Source of the DNA: a bacterium
Lineage (GTDB): Bacteria; DRYD01
Direction: 5' to 3'
Length of the DNA stretch: 64,000 nt
Assembly: GCA_039630415.1 (NCBI GenBank)
Contig: JBCNVB010000018.1
Coordinates: 106,663-170,662 of the forward strand
A program made the translations under genes and the position numbers. Every line of letters starts with the position of its first letter. Within the stretch, counting starts at the first letter, position 1. The notes under the pieces were generated by a model, which ran no database searches, was not told the origin of the DNA, and saw only the letters and a list, made by a program, of their open reading frames with translations. Below are positions 59,301-64,000 of the stretch, in pieces.

Positions 59301-60488
59301 CTTAGGACAATTAATTTGACCATTTTTGTTAATTTGAGAACATTTCCAACATACTATGTCATATTCCATTCTTTGGTTTATCTTATATCTACCAGCAATT
59401 GATAAATCGTATTTTTCCCTGCTGAAATATGGGAATATTTGATTTTTTATGACTTCTATGGGTGTGTTTGCCGTATTTTCACCGCTTATTCTTCTGTGTA
59501 TTAGTCTTATTGCCTTTATTTGCTCGTCTGAACCTAAGATTTTGTTCTTAGTAATGTCTCTTTCTATGGTGTTTGAAATTAGCGTAAGGATATAAGGCAA
59601 GTATTTATGTCTAGATTCAAAAGTGTACAAGAAATCCTCGTAGTTGATTTCAGCTTCAGATTTTTTAAGATTTTCGTATATGAAAGGTATCAGTACATCA
59701 TATATAAATTCATCAACTTTTTGATTGTCTATTAAGTATTCAAAAGCTTTTCTGATAAGCTCTTGATCAGGATTAATTCCGTATTCACGAGTAACGTATT
59801 TACAAACCAGTTCCTCAAGTATATTTTCATTATTGAATCCCAGAGCTTTGAGAAGAGTTACAAATGTAAATTTAATTTTTTTATCAACTTTTACCCGTAG
59901 ATAATTTGTACTTTTTATTCTCTCTATTTCTCTTTCGGGGTATAGTTTTTCCTGTAATTCGGTTTCTAGTTCAATTATAGTTCCCTTTGAAGGAATTACT
60001 GTAGTTCTGTAAACTACTACTTTTTCTATTTCTTCTCTAAAAAAGTAAATACCAGCCGATCTTATTAATTGGTTTATAAAAATTCTTTCGGTACCGTTGA
60101 CCACAAAAGTTCCTCTGTCAGTTATCATTGGTAAATCAAAAAACTTTACCTCTTGCTCATCCACTATTTTTTCTGGTTTTACGATTACTTTTCCATCTTT
60201 TTGTTCCCTCGATATTTTGACTATTCTCATTTTGACGTATACAGGTATAGAGTATGTTTTGAGTTTATATTTTGCTTCCTGTATATCGCTTATGTTAGGT
60301 GGTTCTATTCTAAAACCTAGGTATTCTACAATATATTTATCAGTTTCTATGGGGAAGAAATCCCTAAAGGCACTATCCAATCCTTCTCTCAAAAACCATT
60401 CAAATGATCTTTTGGGAATTTCCAATAAGTCTGGTAATTCAGGTAATTGATAATCTTTCCATTTACCTAAGGTTAAAATGTTGTTCAT
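56382..60488 (-). CDS. rpoB: DNA-directed RNA polymerase subunit beta (1368 aa, with a Cys-rich insertion)
   Basis: [19 protein letters not shown], the Rif region [46 protein letters not shown], and the C-terminal [18 protein letters not shown]. Confidence 0.97.
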   Translation of the reverse strand: [1368 protein letters not shown]

Positions 60489-60571
60489 GTATTAACCTCC
60501 TTCCATAGAAGCAAGAGCATTAGAAAAGAGTCAAAAGACTACTTTTAGAATTTTCCACATAAATATATCTT

Positions 60572-63358
60572 CTACAAAATAGCTAAACAATCCTTCTTTA
60601 GATATTCTAGTAGATAGTTCTTAGTGTAAGAAAATATGTCAGAAGTTATAAAATCTTCGAGTTTACCTGAAAATAGAACTTCACCGCCTTTAGTAGAAGC
60701 TAATGGTCCCACATCTACTATCCAATCCGCATTCTTTATTATATCCATGTTATGCTCAACTATGATCAAAGTAGATCCTTTTTTGAGCATATGATAAAAT
60801 ATATCAAGTAGCTTTTCTACATCCTTAAAATGCAATCCTGTAGTGGGCTCATCTAGTAAATAGATATTACCCTTGATACTCTTTTTTGTTAATTCTTGAG
60901 CTAGTTTAATTCTCTGTATTTCTCCACCAGAGTAAGTAGGAGATATTTGACCTAACTTCATGTATCCAAGACCTATCTTTGAAAGGAATTCTAACTTGCT
61001 AACCACTGCCGGAAAACCCTCAAAAACTTTTATACATTCATCCACACTCAAATCCAAAATGTCAGCTATGGTATAACCATTAAATTTTACAAGTAAAGTT
61101 TCTTGAGAATATCTTTTACCTTCACATGCCTCACATTTTACATATACATCAGGTAAAAAGTTCATATCTATCTTGATATATCCTTCCCCCTTACATCTAT
61201 CACATCTACCTTCAGGTAGATTGAAACTAAATTTAGAAGGGGAAAATCCCAATCTTCTAGATTCAGGCAAAGAAGAAAATATTTTTCTTATTTCATCAAA
61301 TACCTTAGTATAAGTAGCCAAACATGAACGTGGAGTTTTACCAATTGGTTTTTGATCAACCATATAAACACTTCCTTGAAAATTACCCTGCATTTGACCA
61401 TATCCCTCTTGACCAGCCAACAAATAATAAACAGCTCTAAGCAAAGAAGATTTACCACTACCAGATATACCAGTTATCACAACAAACCTGTTCAAAGGTA
61501 TCTCAAAACTGACATTTTTTAAATTATTTAAACTCACGTTTGAGAACTTCAAAACACTAACTTTTTGATTCTGATCTATATAGTCTTTTGGTATCTTCTT
61601 TACAGTTTTTATACCATACACGTAATCCAATGTTTCAGATTTACCTTGATTTTTTATGTTTTCAATAAAGTCTGAATTTATAAGATATCCTCCATTTTGT
61701 CCACCTTCATACCCCAACTCCACCAAATATTCTGAGCTTTTTATAACTTCAGAATCATGCTCAACTACAATTACTGTATTTCCTTGTTCTTTCAGTTTTG
61801 ATATACTTTTGATTATAGTGTTTATATCGTGTAAATGTAGACCTATAGTAGGTTCATCTAATATGTAAATAACTCCCGAAACTGATGAAGATAACAAAGA
61901 TGATATTTTTACCCTTTGTGCTTCACCAGTAGATAAGCTACCCATGGTTCTATACAAATCCAAATACCATAAACCTATGTTTAACAAGAATTCTAATCTT
62001 GTCTTTACTTCGTTTACGAGATTTTGTACTATAACAAGTTGACTTTCTGACAAATTTAAACTATTAAAAAGATGGTAAATTTCTTCAACACTCTTTGAAC
62101 AAAGTTGACCTATACTCAGATAATTTCCTCCAAAATTTATCTTTATAGATAAAGCGGTATCATTTAATCTATAACCATTACAGTTGGGACATACTACCTC
62201 TTTAACTATGTCTTCAAGATCAAATTCATAATTGTAATACATATCAGATAGAAATTCCTTTATTCCTGGAAATATTCCATCACCGTCTATAAGGAGTTTG
62301 ATATGATTAGGGTTCCAATCTTTCAATCTAGTATAGAAGTCCAACCCATAAGCTTTGCAGAATTCCCTAATTTTTATCCACCAGTTAGTAAGTTTTGGCC
62401 AGCTATAGCTAAAGTTAGGCTTACCCAAAAACTTTATAGCTCCCTCGCTTATTGTACTCGAAAAATCCAACAGTTTCTGGACATTAAAATCAACTACAGT
62501 ACCTATTCCTCTACATTTATCACATGCACCAATAGGAGTATTAAAAGAAAACAATCTCCAACTTATCTCCGGATAAGAAAAACCACATTCTACACAAGCA
62601 AATGAACCAGAATAATAATACTCCTTATCCTCTTGCAAAATTTTTACTATCCTTTGATTGTATTTCCCTACTTTTAAAGAAGTATCCAAAGCCAAACTCA
62701 CCGATGAAGATATTCTCTGCTTATTATCATCACTAACAGTTACAACATCAACTACTACATCTATATCGTGTTTTTCATTCTTATTCAAATTTATTTCCTG
62801 GTCAATATCTACTTTCACTCCATTGATCATTAATTTAGTAAACCCAAATTTTCTAACTCTATCAATTAGTAGATTGTGATCTCCCTTTTTCTTCCTTACA
62901 AGTGGACAAAGTATGGTTACCTTTTTACCATAAAAACTATTAAAAATGTTTTCCACTATTTGGTGAGGTTCGAGTTTGTTAATTGGTATAGCACAATTAG
63001 GGCAGAAAGGAATGCCAATACTAGCATAAATTAATCTTAAATAGTCATATATCTCTGTTACCGTTCCTACTGTTGAGCGAGGATTGATATTTTTTATCCT
63101 TTGGTCCACACATATAGTAGGATTTATCCCCTCTATTTTTTCAACCTGAGGCTTTTCTAGTTTATTAATAAATTGTCTAGCATAATTGGATAAAGCCTCA
63201 AGATACCTTCTCTGCCCTTCAGCATAAATTATATCATACGCTAAAGTACTTTTACCACTACCAGAAACCCCACAGATACATATAACCTTATTTTTAGGTA
63301 AAACTAAACTAATGTTCTTAAGATTGTGATGAGTAGCGTTGATAATCCTAAGATCCAT
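60572..63358 (-). CDS. uvrA: Excinuclease ABC subunit A
   Basis: 928 aa. Two ABC modules (GVSGSGKSTL and GISGSGKSSL), the signatures LSTGEAQR and YSGGEIQR, and zinc modules CPNC...CDKC and CDRCKGEG...CEACEG. Confidence 0.97.
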   Translation of the reverse strand: MDLRIINATHHNLKNISLVLPKNKVICICGVSGSGKSTLAYDIIYAEGQRRYLEALSNYARQFINKLEKPQVEKIEGINPTICVDQRIKNINPRSTVGTVTEIYDYLRLIYASIGIPFCPNCAIPINKLEPHQIVENIFNSFYGKKVTILCPLVRKKKGDHNLLIDRVRKFGFTKLMINGVKVDIDQEINLNKNEKHDIDVVVDVVTVSDDNKQRISSSVSLALDTSLKVGKYNQRIVKILQEDKEYYYSGSFACVECGFSYPEISWRLFSFNTPIGACDKCRGIGTVVDFNVQKLLDFSSTISEGAIKFLGKPNFSYSWPKLTNWWIKIREFCKAYGLDFYTRLKDWNPNHIKLLIDGDGIFPGIKEFLSDMYYNYEFDLEDIVKEVVCPNCNGYRLNDTALSIKINFGGNYLSIGQLCSKSVEEIYHLFNSLNLSESQLVIVQNLVNEVKTRLEFLLNIGLWYLDLYRTMGSLSTGEAQRVKISSLLSSSVSGVIYILDEPTIGLHLHDINTIIKSISKLKEQGNTVIVVEHDSEVIKSSEYLVELGYEGGQNGGYLINSDFIENIKNQGKSETLDYVYGIKTVKKIPKDYIDQNQKVSVLKFSNVSLNNLKNVSFEIPLNRFVVITGISGSGKSSLLRAVYYLLAGQEGYGQMQGNFQGSVYMVDQKPIGKTPRSCLATYTKVFDEIRKIFSSLPESRRLGFSPSKFSFNLPEGRCDRCKGEGYIKIDMNFLPDVYVKCEACEGKRYSQETLLVKFNGYTIADILDLSVDECIKVFEGFPAVVSKLEFLSKIGLGYMKLGQISPTYSGGEIQRIKLAQELTKKSIKGNIYLLDEPTTGLHFKDVEKLLDIFYHMLKKGSTLIIVEHNMDIIKNADWIVDVGPLASTKGGEVLFSGKLEDFITSDIFSYTKNYLLEYLKKDCLAIL

Positions 63359-63531
63359 TTAAAAACCCCTTTTCCCCATAATTTACTTTTTATTCACATC
63401 CCAACTTTCCCTCCAAACCACAACAAACCATTATATCTCAGCAAAGTTTTTTAGCAGGATAAAGCACAAAAAAGGATAAAGAATATATCATTCCTCAAAG
63501 TGCTCTAAAATCAATAAAAAGAGGTGGAAAA

Positions 63532-64000
63532 CATGGAAAATAACAATTCAAATAATTCGGAACAAAATACAGAATTACAATCAGAACAAAACACAGAACA
63601 GCAACATACACAAAATAAAACCAACAATCTTTTGATAAAATTAGGCACATATGCATTGATAATCACCTTTCTATTCATTTTAGCAAATATTTTTGAATCT
63701 AACAAGATAATACGAGGGTTAATAGGATTAGCTTTTATTTTCAGTACATTGTTTGTCCTAAGTGAGAATATTAAAGCTATAAACTACAAAACATTGATAG
63801 TAGGTTTTCTGTTTCAGTTAATTTTAGCTATAGTTCTTTTAGTTACAAAAGATGTAGTTGGAATATTCAAAGCAGCAAACGATGTTTTCCTAGCACTAAT
63901 GGATTACGCCAAAAAAGGAATAGAATTTCTATTTGCAAGTTTTACCAACGGTCAAGTTGATCCTGCATTAGTAAACTTTACATTTTTAATACTACCAACC
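63532..64000 (+). CDS. NupC/CNT-family concentrative nucleoside transporter; N-terminal part only (runs off the window)
   Basis: Own translation from the ATG at 63532 (RBS AGAGGTGG). It gives MENNNSNNSEQ... then TM helices and GLIGLAFIFSTLFVLSENIKAINYKTLIVGFLFQLILAIVLL...GIEFLFASF...FTFLILPT, typical of the NupC N-terminus. It is not in the ORF track because there is no stop in the window. Confidence 0.75.

Noticed and set aside
60097-60450. 117-aa plus-strand ORF antisense to rpoB, and similar 60-110-aa antisense ORFs inside rpoB, rpoC, uvrA, dxs, dapD, galE and acpS
   Set aside because: All lie antisense to strongly conserved genes. They have S/F/L/I-rich compositions typical of the reverse complement of K/E/N-rich coding sequence, and they lack RBSs.
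63511-63705. 64-aa minus-strand ORF
   Set aside because: It is antisense to the 5' end of the NupC-family gene, which has an RBS and a clear transporter N-terminus. Its Cys/Phe-rich translation derives from the repeat-like CAGAACAAAA sequence.

Overview
This is a visibly AT-rich, very compact bacterial chromosomal segment (my impression is about 30% G+C; not computed). It uses the standard code, has many 4-nt ATGA start/stop overlaps, and most spacers are under 100 nt. I can support about 55 protein genes, 2 tRNAs (Leu-GAG, Glu-UUC) and one tmRNA.

Content is almost entirely housekeeping:
- Translation and transcription: rpsK-rpsD-rpoA, rpoB-rpoC, an EF-G paralogue, obg, rnc, truA, mtaB, a CCA-enzyme family gene and ssrA.
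- Replication and repair: dnaX, uvrA and a XerC/D-type recombinase.
- Envelope and glycan: a class A PBP, an MreC-like gene, two tandem SLT lytic transglycosylases, galE, wecB, a UDP-sugar dehydrogenase and a PilC-family gene.
- Metabolism: dxs, hemL, dapD, asnB, icd, tdk, cmk, plsY, acpS and a GH57 glucanase.
- Other: a P1B metal ATPase and several TPR or hypothetical proteins.

I saw no CRISPR array, transposase, prophage, toxin-antitoxin pair or recognisable defence island, so I cannot point to a clear novel multi-gene system.

The most unusual items are:
1. An rpoB carrying two Cys4 zinc-ribbon-like modules inside a lobe insertion.
2. An rpoC with a roughly 400-residue K/E-rich insertion between conserved regions A and B.
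3. An AmgK/APH-family kinase gene split by a frameshift at an A10 homopolymer.
4. tRNAs embedded in protein operons, with the downstream CDS starting 6 and 22 nt after the tRNA 3' end and no Shine-Dalgarno.
5. Convergent genes that abut or overlap, leaving no room for terminators.
6. Two tandem SLT paralogues that lack a signal peptide and have disordered N-termini.
7. An orphan GldG/DUF4340/FHA-zinc-ribbon trio apparently co-transcribed with rpoBC.
8. An uncharacterised TPR/hypothetical gene cluster at 24-27.8 kb.

The lineage cannot be assigned by eye. The long beta-prime, SpoVS, GH57 and low GC are reminiscent of deep-branching, often thermophilic phyla, but that is a guess.
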